54,457 nt of DNA from a virus. The stretch lies in the UHGV virus genome UHGV-0096558. One strand, written 5' to 3'. The translations under genes and the position numbers were made by a program. This document shows positions 1 through 7,835 of the stretch, piece after piece (position 1 is the stretch's first letter; each line of letters starts with the position of its first letter). The notes beneath the pieces are model-generated. The model was not told where the DNA came from, ran no database searches, and saw only the letters and a list, made by a program, of their open reading frames with translations.

Positions 1-145
1 CAACATGTTGAACATATGCACCATTTAGATTTCCTTTATACCCACAATCACGCTCTGCGACACCGAAGTCAAATTCGCGGTTCATCTTGCGATTATATGC
101 TACTTGTTTATGTTCCCATTTTCTCATCCATTCATCGCGTTTCAT
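1..145 (-). CDS. hypothetical protein, N-terminal 48 codons; ORF runs off the left edge
   Basis: ATG at 145 (minus), open to position 1 (MKRDEWMRKWEHKQVAYNRKMNREFDFGVAERDCGYKGNLNGAYVQHV); begins 10 nt after lipoprotein gene stop; frame-compatible with the ORF fragment at 54282-54457. Confidence 0.4.
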   Translation of the reverse strand, partial: MKRDEWMRKWEHKQVAYNRKMNREFDFGVAERDCGYKGNLNGAYVQHV

Positions 146-154
146 GTTTCACCC

Positions 155-814
155 TTAATTCCAGTTGCAAGCGTTTTTTACTTTGTCGATGTGGTTATAA
201 AGACCATCAATGTTAAACACTGCTTTCTCAATGTCGCCAGCTTCCGGCACTACTTCAATGATAAATTGTTTTTCGTTAACCAGATTTTTAATCATTGGAA
301 TGGCTTTTTTGCCGTTCCATAATCCAAGAGCTTTATAGTTAGTTGACCGCCCCCATTCAGTGGCTACAGCTTTGTGATCACCGATCCGGTAGTTAATATA
401 AGTAGTGTCCCCGGCGTCAGTTACACGGTGTGACCATGCTACGAACATTTTTGTTTTATTACCCTGGCAAGCAATTGTTAATACCGGTTTATTCTTATCC
501 TGTGCCTTCAGTGCCGGGAAGGCATCAAGACTTCCGCTGAAATGATCTGCTTTCACAAAAAGGAACACGTTTTTTGTGTCCTGCATATCATCTTTTCTTT
601 CGACCACAAGCCACTGTTTACCAGCTTTTTCTTTTGCTAACTGTGCCTCATATGCGGCTTGTTTTGCTTGTTGTTCCGCAAGCCATTTAGCATTTTTCTC
701 AGCCAATGCTTGTTGTTCTTGAGTGGTCACTATAGGCGCTTTTTCATTATCCTCATTGCAACCAACCAGACCCAATACCGCCGCAATCATTGCCACTTTT
801 GCTAACCGTTTCAT
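155..814 (-). CDS. lipoprotein, 219 aa (signal peptide with lipobox LVGC, coiled-coil segment, C-terminal globular domain); cargo gene
   Basis: ORF track; N-terminus MKRLAKVAMIAAVLGLVGC; RBS GGGGTGGG upstream of ATG at 814. Confidence 0.65.
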   Translation of the reverse strand: MKRLAKVAMIAAVLGLVGCNEDNEKAPIVTTQEQQALAEKNAKWLAEQQAKQAAYEAQLAKEKAGKQWLVVERKDDMQDTKNVFLFVKADHFSGSLDAFPALKAQDKNKPVLTIACQGNKTKMFVAWSHRVTDAGDTTYINYRIGDHKAVATEWGRSTNYKALGLWNGKKAIPMIKNLVNEKQFIIEVVPEAGDIEKAVFNIDGLYNHIDKVKNACNWN

Positions 815-826
815 AACCCACCCCGC

Positions 827-916
827 TTAGTTTTTATTTTTAAGTGATTTTAACATTTCTTCAATGAAATCCGCATAGCGTTCATGTTCGTGGGGACGGT
901 AGTTTACGTTTTTCAT
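827..916 (-). CDS. small ORF, 29 aa (MKNVNYRPHEHERYADFIEEMLKSLKNKN)
   Basis: Manual translation; AGAGGA-like RBS 7-12 nt upstream; stop abuts the lipoprotein gene RBS. Confidence 0.3.
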   Translation of the reverse strand: MKNVNYRPHEHERYADFIEEMLKSLKNKN

Positions 917-995
917 TTTCTTGTCCTCTTTTGCTTCCTCCGGTTTATCCGGTCCTTTTAAATCCCTTTACTCTATCCCTTTCCTTTAGCCTCTT

Positions 996-1035
996 TATAC
1001 AAAATGTATTCGTTGAAGTGAAGCCATTTTGTATA
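996..1035. promoter_or_regulatory. inverted pair of 11-bp motif TATACAAAATG (996-1006) and CATTTTGTATA (1025-1035), 18-bp spacer; in divergent region between minus-strand cargo cassette and tape measure gene
   Basis: Read directly; same motif family recurs across the genome. Confidence 0.4.
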
Positions 1036-1074
1036 AAATAGAGACATAGATCACATCTTGTATGAGGTTAAATC

Positions 1075-3417
1075 ATGGCTACCAGTGTAGGTACAATTTA
1101 TTACGAAGTTGACGCGAAAACTGGTCAACTTCTCGTTGCACAACGACAGGCAGACCAGGCCTTTGACCGTATAGAGCGCGGCGCAAAACAGGCTGACCGC
1201 CAGGTAAACACCCTGAAAACATCCATCAAGGCACTGACCAGGGTTATCCATTTGCTAATTGCTGCCGAGGCTGTGCGCCAATTTATGGATATGGCGGAGC
1301 AAGCAAAAATGCTTCGCGTAAAAATCAAAATGCTTACGGGCGATGCGGAGTCCGCCGGACGGGTTTTCGACGGCCTGAAAGCAATATCCAGGGAAACGGG
1401 GCAAAGCCTGAAGGATACTGGCGAACTATGGCAAGGCCTGGCTATCTCACTGAAGAACACGTCCGCTACGGAAGGGCAATTGCTTAACCTGGTTGGTACG
1501 ATTCAGAAAATGGGGGCGTTGGGCGGTGCGTCAGCGGAGCAGATGTCAAACTCAATGCGTCAATTCCGTCAGTCTATCGACGGAGGCGTGCTTCGTGCTG
1601 AAGAATTCAATAGCCTGTTAGAGAACACCCCGACCATCGTACAGACAATGGCCCGCCAGATGGGGTTATCTATGGGCCAATTCCGCGCAGAAATGCTGGA
1701 AGGCAAGATCACGGCTGAAAGGATGGTTAACGCAATCCAGGCGGCTACGCAGGAAACAAACGAGAAGTTTGCGCAGTTGCCGCGCACATCCGGCATGGCC
1801 CTGAATGAGCTTAAAGTCGAGGTTATGGGGCTTGTTGAGCAGTTGGATGATCTTTTCGGTGTATCCGATACGGTTGTCGCTGGTATCGATCTTGTCACGA
1901 AAGGTGTTAAGGCTTTAGGTGAAGGCGCTGATTTCGCTAAAACCTGCTTTAACACACTGAAGACGGCTGGTAGCGAATTTATTGATATATTTGAAGATGT
2001 CGGAATCAAGGCTGGCGAGGTAGCGGAGAAGATCATCGCAATGGTCACGCCAATCAAAGCACTAATGGACGCCTATAAATGGATGAAGGAGGTTGTAGGG
2101 GAACAAACAGACGAATATAACAGCAACTACGAGAAGAAATACGGTAAGACCGTTGGTAAGGTCATGCAATTACAGGATGATCTGACCGCAGCAATCCAGG
2201 CTACAGAGGAAGCAAGGAAAAATGAACAGAATGCCGCCAATGACGGAGCGATTACCGGATTCGACAAGCCAGTAGACAAACCTAAAAAACAGAAAAAAGA
2301 GAAGAAATCAGAAGCTGATCGGCTTGGTGATAAAGGTATAAGCGTTTCTGACCAGTACAACAAAGACGCCGCCGCTATGCGCAAAGCGTTAGAGAACGGC
2401 AAGGCCATTGATGCTGCATTCGCCCAGGGTAAAATCACCCTCCTTGAGTACCGCGCCGCGCAAAAAGGGATAGGCAAGGAACTGAAGGAAGAATTAGCGC
2501 AAATTCCGGTAGAGGAATTGCGTGATAAATGGGCGCAAATAGTAAGCCCGATGGATCAGCTTAAAGGCGAGGTTGACCCTATTCAGCAGGTCCAGAATGA
2601 ATGGGCAGTCCGTAAGCAAATGCTTATCGACCTGGGCGTTACGGAAGCGCAACAGAAACAGGAACTGTTAGCCTATGAGCAGCAGATCCGCGATCTAAAG
2701 TGGGAACAATGGCAGGCGCAAAGCGACACAAACAGTCTGATAGGTTCTTGTGTCAACGGCCTAAAAGGTGGCATGAGTAATGCGCTTGTTGGTCTGTTAA
2801 ACGGTACTCAATCGCTTAGCGATGTATTCGCAAACTTGGGTAGCAATATTCTTGGTTCAGTAGGGAATAAACTTGCGGAAATTGCTGGCGACTGGATAGC
2901 CGATCAGATCATGATGGAGACACAAAGCAAGGCAACGCAGGCAAGTACAACGGCTGGCGCGGTAGCGGCACAAGGCCAGATTGCAGCGGCGGCGGCCCCG
3001 GCAGCGGCGGCAACAGCGGCGTCAACTGGCGGCGCATGGGCGGCGGCTGGTTCGGCGGCACTTACTGCGATCATGTCGCTGGCGGCGTCAATTTTTGGCG
3101 GCGGGCGATTTAATGGTGGTAGCGTCATTGGTGGCAATATGTACCGCGTAGGGGAACACAACAGGCCGGAGCTATTCCAGACGTCTAACGGAAACCAATA
3201 TATGATTCCGGGCGAGAACGGCAGAGTTATCCCTGGTCGTGATATTGGCGGCGGTGGCGGTATCAGTATGCCTGTCAGTATCACCATTCAGACCACAAAC
3301 GGATTTAGCGACGAGGACAGCCGCAGACTTGAGCAAACAATGGAACGTGTAGCAATGAAAATGATAACAAGGGAATCACAAAGACCGGGCGGAATATTGC
3401 AGCCGCGCCGCAAATAA
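1075..3417 (+). CDS. tail tape measure protein, 780 aa
   Basis: Long helical protein with Ala/Gly-rich C-terminal region and a lambda H-like C-terminal motif; lies immediately upstream of M-L-K-I-J homologues. Confidence 0.75.
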   Translation: MATSVGTIYYEVDAKTGQLLVAQRQADQAFDRIERGAKQADRQVNTLKTSIKALTRVIHLLIAAEAVRQFMDMAEQAKMLRVKIKMLTGDAESAGRVFDGLKAISRETGQSLKDTGELWQGLAISLKNTSATEGQLLNLVGTIQKMGALGGASAEQMSNSMRQFRQSIDGGVLRAEEFNSLLENTPTIVQTMARQMGLSMGQFRAEMLEGKITAERMVNAIQAATQETNEKFAQLPRTSGMALNELKVEVMGLVEQLDDLFGVSDTVVAGIDLVTKGVKALGEGADFAKTCFNTLKTAGSEFIDIFEDVGIKAGEVAEKIIAMVTPIKALMDAYKWMKEVVGEQTDEYNSNYEKKYGKTVGKVMQLQDDLTAAIQATEEARKNEQNAANDGAITGFDKPVDKPKKQKKEKKSEADRLGDKGISVSDQYNKDAAAMRKALENGKAIDAAFAQGKITLLEYRAAQKGIGKELKEELAQIPVEELRDKWAQIVSPMDQLKGEVDPIQQVQNEWAVRKQMLIDLGVTEAQQKQELLAYEQQIRDLKWEQWQAQSDTNSLIGSCVNGLKGGMSNALVGLLNGTQSLSDVFANLGSNILGSVGNKLAEIAGDWIADQIMMETQSKATQASTTAGAVAAQGQIAAAAAPAAAATAASTGGAWAAAGSAALTAIMSLAASIFGGGRFNGGSVIGGNMYRVGEHNRPELFQTSNGNQYMIPGENGRVIPGRDIGGGGGISMPVSITIQTTNGFSDEDSRRLEQTMERVAMKMITRESQRPGGILQPRRK

Positions 3418-3420
3418 ACA

Positions 3421-3452
3421 AAAACCCCGGTACAATGCCGGGGTTATCTTTT
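3421..3452. terminator. bidirectional rho-independent terminator (stem CCCCGG / CCGGGG with flanking A- and T-runs)
   Basis: Hairpin at 3425-3443 between convergent genes (tape measure +, 58-aa ORF -). Confidence 0.6.
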
Positions 3453-3627
3453 AGTTATTCTCAAAACTTGTATATCCTCTTTCAATTTTCCCGCCTCTTA
3501 CACTTCTTGCAAATACTGCATCAGCATGTTTGAAAAATGGTTCAGTATATGTGTCTCCTTTACTATCCATCCATTTCACGATCCAGGCTATACGTTTTAC
3601 ATTGCTTTTATTTGCCGGGTTTTTCAT
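3451..3627 (-). CDS. hypothetical protein, 58 aa (MKNPANKSNVKRIAWIVKWMDSKGD...)
   Basis: Manual translation (below ORF-track size cut-off); GGAGG 9-13 nt upstream of ATG at 3627; stop adjacent to terminator. Confidence 0.5.
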   Translation of the reverse strand: MKNPANKSNVKRIAWIVKWMDSKGDTYTEPFFKHADAVFARSVRGGKIERGYTSFENN

Positions 3628-3746
3628 TTTATTTTCCTCCGCAAATTACAATCTTCCGTTTCTGGCTATATAGCTGCGAGAAAACATCACCAACCAAATA
3701 TTCCAGATCTCCCGCCAGGTGAATTTATCGTCCTCCATATCCCGCC

Positions 3747-4001
3747 TCACTTATGCGCCCCTTTAACCCCGCAGTGGCGGTTATATTCCAGATGATCGAT
3801 GATTAACCAGACTTTGAGATCTTCGCTAAACAGCCGCCAGTCAGGGTTAATATCGAATTTAAAACCGTAACCATCGCGTAACTTTTTGGGGCGCGCCTCT
3901 TTCTTCAAAAATGCTTTAAGCAGTTCCTTACCCTTCTTGATAATCCGGTCCTGTGCGTTTTTCTGTACTTTCAGGTTTTTGTCGATCGCTACCAGTTTCA
4001 T
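3747..4001 (-). CDS. hypothetical protein, 84 aa; cargo gene between tape measure and M
   Basis: ORF track; RBS GGGGGTGAG upstream of ATG at 4001. Confidence 0.6.
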   Translation of the reverse strand: MKLVAIDKNLKVQKNAQDRIIKKGKELLKAFLKKEARPKKLRDGYGFKFDINPDWRLFSEDLKVWLIIDHLEYNRHCGVKGAHK

Positions 4002-4020
4002 AGCTCACCCCCGATTATCC

Positions 4021-4176
4021 TTAATTAAGAGCCTTCAGGAAGAAACCACGGTATTCATCTTCTTTTGCATTCATCATGAATTGACCGTATTTGAATGCAT
4101 CGTCGAAACCCTTAACGATTGCTATTTCCACTTGTTCGAATGCGTTGTTTAGCATTACCACTACATAGCGTTTCAT
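4021..4176 (-). CDS. hypothetical protein, 51 aa (MKRYVVVMLNNAFEQVEIAIVKGFDD...)
   Basis: Internal start of ORF 4021..4227 with strong RBS AAGGAGG; 20 nt upstream of next gene in the same cassette. Confidence 0.5.
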   Translation of the reverse strand: MKRYVVVMLNNAFEQVEIAIVKGFDDAFKYGQFMMNAKEDEYRGFFLKALN

Positions 4177-4242
4177 TTTTGGGCCTCCTTCGTTGGTACT
4201 GCTTTTCTTCTTGCTTTCTATATACATCTTGATGCGTGCTAT

Positions 4243-4330
4243 GTGAAGCCATTTTGTAAACTAGCTATAATCATTGTGATGAAGATCTCATTTTTTGCGT
4301 AGAATCGCGTAAAAGTATATACAAAATGTA
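4243..4330. promoter_or_regulatory. divergent control region carrying GTGAAGCCATTTTGTA (4243-4258, identical 16-mer at 1017-1032) and TATACAAAATGTA (4318-4330), then RBS and M start
   Basis: Read directly. Confidence 0.4.
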
Positions 4331-4346
4331 AATTATAGGGGGATTT

Positions 4347-4700
4347 ATGCCTGAAGTGTTCCGATGGACACCACAAAGAAGCTACAGCGTAAACAGTGAG
4401 CCTAACGTGTCTGTCATTAAGCTGGGGGATGGGTGTGAACAGCGCCAGACAAAAGGGATTAACCCTTTACTTGATAGCTACAGCCTGGTTTTTAAAGGCA
4501 CAAGCGCCGGATGCGGTGACGCCGGAAACGTGGCGCTCCAGGTTGACGCATTTTTAAGGGCGCGTTGCGCGGTCGAGGCGTTTTACTGGACTCCATCAAC
4601 TGACGGGGTGCAAAGGCTTTTTGTATGCAGAAAGTGGAGCATGACGAAAGACGGCCCGGTATGCACGCTAAACGCAACTTTTGAGCAAGTTGTCAATTAA
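4347..4700 (+). CDS. M: minor tail protein M-like
   Basis: 117 aa ending ...ATFEQVVN, as recalled for lambda gpM; position upstream of L. Confidence 0.75.
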   Translation: MPEVFRWTPQRSYSVNSEPNVSVIKLGDGCEQRQTKGINPLLDSYSLVFKGTSAGCGDAGNVALQVDAFLRARCAVEAFYWTPSTDGVQRLFVCRKWSMTKDGPVCTLNATFEQVVN

Positions 4701-4713
4701 TGGAGGTGTCAAT

Positions 4714-4899
4714 ATGTATGCTATTTGTGTAGTGGACCGCACGGGCGCTTTTACATTGTTTGACGACTATGAAATTAAAGATCTTACTGTAAAGGCTGAC
4801 AATGGCGAGATCTGGTATCTTCATGATGTTGGTGACGGGTATGTCGGATGCAGATCGAGAGAGGGTAGGGAAGTGTTATTTTTGCTTGATGGCTTATAA
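4714..4899 (+). CDS. hypothetical protein, 61 aa; inserted between M and L
   Basis: ATG at 4714 with RBS GGAGGTG; ORF track 4681..4899. Confidence 0.5.
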   Translation: MYAICVVDRTGAFTLFDDYEIKDLTVKADNGEIWYLHDVGDGYVGCRSREGREVLFLLDGL

Positions 4900-4903
4900 A
4901 CAC

Positions 4904-4927
4904 GACCCCGCGCGAAGCGGGGTTTAT
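4904..4927. terminator. rho-independent terminator-like hairpin (CCCCGC / GCGGGG) followed by TTTAT
   Basis: Between convergent genes 4714..4899 (+) and 5000..5248 (-). Confidence 0.45.
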
Positions 4928-4999
4928 AGTGTCGATAGCAGAATACATAACAATCCAATGATGATAATAATCACTTCCAAAACGTAATTTTCGCACATC

Positions 5000-5248
5000 T
5001 CATAACGCCCCCTTCAAATATGTCAATCCCTTATCAGTGACGAATGAATGATTTACCTGGTTTTCATCCGTCATGATGATGAATAACTTTTCCTGTAGGT
5101 ATTTTGCTTTCGGGTACAGCGTTAAGCAGACCTGGTACAGTATCCCGCGTTCAATCAGTAAATCAATGAATTCATGTTCATGATAACCGACAAGGCGGGC
5201 GGCCTGCTTCAACGTGTACACATAATTACTGTGATTGCGCCGCGCCAT
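5000..5248 (-). CDS. hypothetical protein, 82 aa (possible helix-turn-helix region)
   Basis: ORF track; RBS AAGGCGG upstream; last gene of a 3-gene minus-strand cassette. Confidence 0.55.
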   Translation of the reverse strand: MARRNHSNYVYTLKQAARLVGYHEHEFIDLLIERGILYQVCLTLYPKAKYLQEKLFIIMTDENQVNHSFVTDKGLTYLKGAL

Positions 5249-5257
5249 ATTGCCGCC

Positions 5258-5611
5258 TTATTTATTGAACGCGCCAAGGTTGTCGATACAGAAATCTTTC
5301 GCCGCTTTTTCGTATTCGCGTTTTGCTTCAGGATCATCTGCCGGGAAACCGTGCGCGTGTATTTCCGGGCAAGACTGATCCATAGAATCCGCAAGGTTTT
5401 CTTTAAAGCAAGCGCCGTTATCAATATCGTATTTCATACATTCCACCTTATCCGGTATTTGCACTGGAGTAATTTTGAATTCTCTGGCGCGTCCGAAGAA
5501 TCGAACAAGTTTTTCTCCTTCCTCGACTGCCATTTCGTAACTGTCATGCAAGCCGTAACCTTCCCAATCATCACTACCAGCCATCCAGACATCAAGACGA
5601 TACTTTTGCAT
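5258..5611 (-). CDS. hypothetical protein, 117 aa
   Basis: In-frame internal ATG of ORF 5258..5689 with RBS GAGGG upstream; acidic protein. Confidence 0.5.
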   Translation of the reverse strand: MQKYRLDVWMAGSDDWEGYGLHDSYEMAVEEGEKLVRFFGRAREFKITPVQIPDKVECMKYDIDNGACFKENLADSMDQSCPEIHAHGFPADDPEAKREYEKAAKDFCIDNLGAFNK

Positions 5612-5615
5612 TTTG

Positions 5616-5780
5616 CTAACCCTCATATTTGACAGGTTTGATCTGGTATCCCAAAACGCGGTCATCCTCCGAAAGTTCAAGCGCATCAATCAGCGCTTCC
5701 CCCTCGTCGTCATACAGAGCGATAACCTTTTCCCTCCCGTCAGTCATGAACACCGTCAACTTCCATAGCTTTTCAGTCAT
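5616..5780 (-). CDS. hypothetical protein, 54 aa (MTEKLWKLTVFMTDGREKVIALYDDEGE...)
   Basis: Internal start of ORF 5616..5900 with GGAGG 6 nt upstream; first gene of cassette. Confidence 0.4.
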   Translation of the reverse strand: MTEKLWKLTVFMTDGREKVIALYDDEGEALIDALELSEDDRVLGYQIKPVKYEG

Positions 5781-5909
5781 CATGCACCTCCGCGCCATTT
5801 TGTTAACTATGCTTCCGTTTGAGTAAAATATACATATTGTAAAAACCGCGATCAATCCATTTTGGTATGATTTAGCGTGACGCAGATCACAAAATGACAA
5901 GGTGAGAAA

Positions 5910-6614
5910 ATGCGCAATATTCCGAGAGAGATGATTATTGATTCCGTCGATGCCGGAGTCGGCGCGGTCATCGACTTATTTGAACTGGACCTGACCCCAC
6001 TTGGCGGCGAGGTTGTCCGCTTCCATTCCGGCGCTAATGGCTATTACGGGAATGTTATCTGGAAGGGTATCGCTTACAACAGCTACCCGATCGAAGTTAG
6101 CGGCTTCGAAATGAAAAACGAGGGGGTATACGCGCGGCCTCAAATGGCAGTAGCCAACATCGGCGGCCTTATTACCGGAATGAATAACGACTTTAACGAC
6201 CTTCGCGGAATGAAAGTTACCCGCCGCCAGGTGGAGGTTAAATACCTGGACGCTGTTAACTTCCCTAACGGCAATCCAGATGCAGATCCTTCTATTGAGG
6301 CGGTATCTGTTTACGTTGTCGAGGCAATGAGTGAAGAAACGGCGGAGCAAGTACAGTACGAACTATCAACGCCAGTAGACGCAGACAAGGCTGTTATACC
6401 TGGGCGCACCATCCTTGCTGACGTTTGCCAGTGGCAATATCGCGGAGACGGTTGCGGATATAGCGGCGGCCCGGTAGCGACTGATAAAGATGCGCCGACC
6501 AGTGATCCAACATTGGATAAATGCAGCCACCGCCTCAGCGGTTGTCGCTTGCGCTTCCCGCGCCCGAATCCGTTACCAATTTCATGTTTCCCCGGATCAA
6601 GCAAGGTGGGCTAA
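5910..6614 (+). CDS. L: minor tail protein L
   Basis: Recognisable similarity to lambda gpL (EIDLT..GGE, ...RRKV..R.LDAVNF.NGN..ADP..., ...W.YRGD.CGYSG..., DKCS..LSGC). Confidence 0.9.
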   Translation: MRNIPREMIIDSVDAGVGAVIDLFELDLTPLGGEVVRFHSGANGYYGNVIWKGIAYNSYPIEVSGFEMKNEGVYARPQMAVANIGGLITGMNNDFNDLRGMKVTRRQVEVKYLDAVNFPNGNPDADPSIEAVSVYVVEAMSEETAEQVQYELSTPVDADKAVIPGRTILADVCQWQYRGDGCGYSGGPVATDKDAPTSDPTLDKCSHRLSGCRLRFPRPNPLPISCFPGSSKVG

Positions 6615-6616
6615 TT

Positions 6617-7348
6617 ATGGCACTTGAAGACAAAATGGTTCGTTATGCCGCCGCTCACCCTCGCGAGGAAGTTTGCGGACTGGTGATAGATAACGATTAT
6701 TTTTACCCGTGCTTAAACATGTCTGAAACGCCCTACAACAGCTTTAAAATTTCGCCGGACGATTACATCAAGGCTGACGAATTGGGCGTCATAACCGCCG
6801 TTTTCCACTCTCACGTTGAAGATATTCCGGTATTGTCGGCGCTGGATCGACAACAACAGGTTATTTCCGGCCTTCCGTGGTTTTTATGTTCCGGTGGCAG
6901 GGTTAGAAAATTCCGCCCGGTAGCGCACCTGTTAGGCCGAAAATTTGAGCACGGAAAAACAGACTGCTACGCGCTTTTCCGGGACGCCTATCACCTTTGC
7001 GGCGTGGATCTGCCGGACTTCGAGCGCCTTGATGGGTGGTGGTTGCATGGTGAAAACCTGTATTTAAAAAACTTGCCGCTAAACGGGTTTTATCAGGTTG
7101 ACGCGCAAAGCATCCAGCCTGGTGACGTGATTATTCGCCAGCCGTTCAAGGGTGCTGATCCATGTCACGCGATGATTTACCTGGGTGATAACACTGTTTT
7201 GCATCATGACAATGCCGGACTGTTAAGTCGCCGCGAGCAGATGCGGCCCGCTTATGTTCGACAAACGCATTCAATATGGAGATCTGACAAATGCTCAAAT
7301 TTAGATTTACGGGCAATCTTCGAAGATATTACGGCAAAGTGTGTTTAA
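6617..7348 (+). CDS. K: tail assembly protein K (MPN/JAB plus NlpC/P60-like domains)
   Basis: ATG at 6617 (MALEDKMVRY...) just after L stop; HSH..D motif and NlpC/P60-like Cys/His region; lambda gpK-like. Confidence 0.85.
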   Translation: MALEDKMVRYAAAHPREEVCGLVIDNDYFYPCLNMSETPYNSFKISPDDYIKADELGVITAVFHSHVEDIPVLSALDRQQQVISGLPWFLCSGGRVRKFRPVAHLLGRKFEHGKTDCYALFRDAYHLCGVDLPDFERLDGWWLHGENLYLKNLPLNGFYQVDAQSIQPGDVIIRQPFKGADPCHAMIYLGDNTVLHHDNAGLLSRREQMRPAYVRQTHSIWRSDKCSNLDLRAIFEDITAKCV

Positions 7349-7821
7349 ACGTTGATACGCCAGCGCAAGGACTTCGCTTATTGACTGCGCAGAATCAGGA
7401 ATTCAAAAAAGCGTTTTTAAACACACCATCACGATTACGGATTGCGGGAAAGGATTATAACGAAAAAACAGCGCCCGCTGCGGTTAATAGCAAATACCCG
7501 GACGGGACCACTGTAATTATTGCGCCAGTAGTGGAAGGTGGGATCGCTGGTATCGGTGTAATTGGCTGGATCATGATTGGTATTTCAGTAGTTAGCGTTG
7601 CGTTTTCCCTCTTTATGTCTCGCAACATGAAGGTAAAAACATCAGCAGAAAGCGCACAGGATAACACCATAACGAATAACACCTACACCAGCGTTGAAAA
7701 CAAGGTAGGCCAGGGTAGACCAGTGCCAATCCTGTTAGGTGAAATGAAAATAGGTTCGAATGTAGGATCGCTTGGTATCGACACAAGCAACAACAAAGAC
7801 GCTCTGGACGTTGTAAGTTAA
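7291..7821 (+). CDS. I: tail assembly protein I
   Basis: Lambda gpI-like; Gly-rich hydrophobic segment then ...ILLGEMKIGS...; overlaps K 3' end. Confidence 0.8.
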   Translation: MLKFRFTGNLRRYYGKVCLNVDTPAQGLRLLTAQNQEFKKAFLNTPSRLRIAGKDYNEKTAPAAVNSKYPDGTTVIIAPVVEGGIAGIGVIGWIMIGISVVSVAFSLFMSRNMKVKTSAESAQDNTITNNTYTSVENKVGQGRPVPILLGEMKIGSNVGSLGIDTSNNKDALDVVS

Positions 7822-7835
7822 TAAAGGGGGTTACT

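Noticed and set aside
1569-3287. Minus-strand ORFs (1569..2057, 2127..2477, 2904..3287) inside the tape measure gene
   Set aside because: Antisense to a well-supported long CDS; low-complexity translations; no RBS context. Treated as shadow ORFs.
3526-3795. Plus-strand ORFs 3526..3795 and 3537..3722 after the tape measure gene
   Set aside because: They overlap better-supported minus-strand genes (3451..3627 with GGAGG RBS; 3747..4001) and lie downstream of the terminator.
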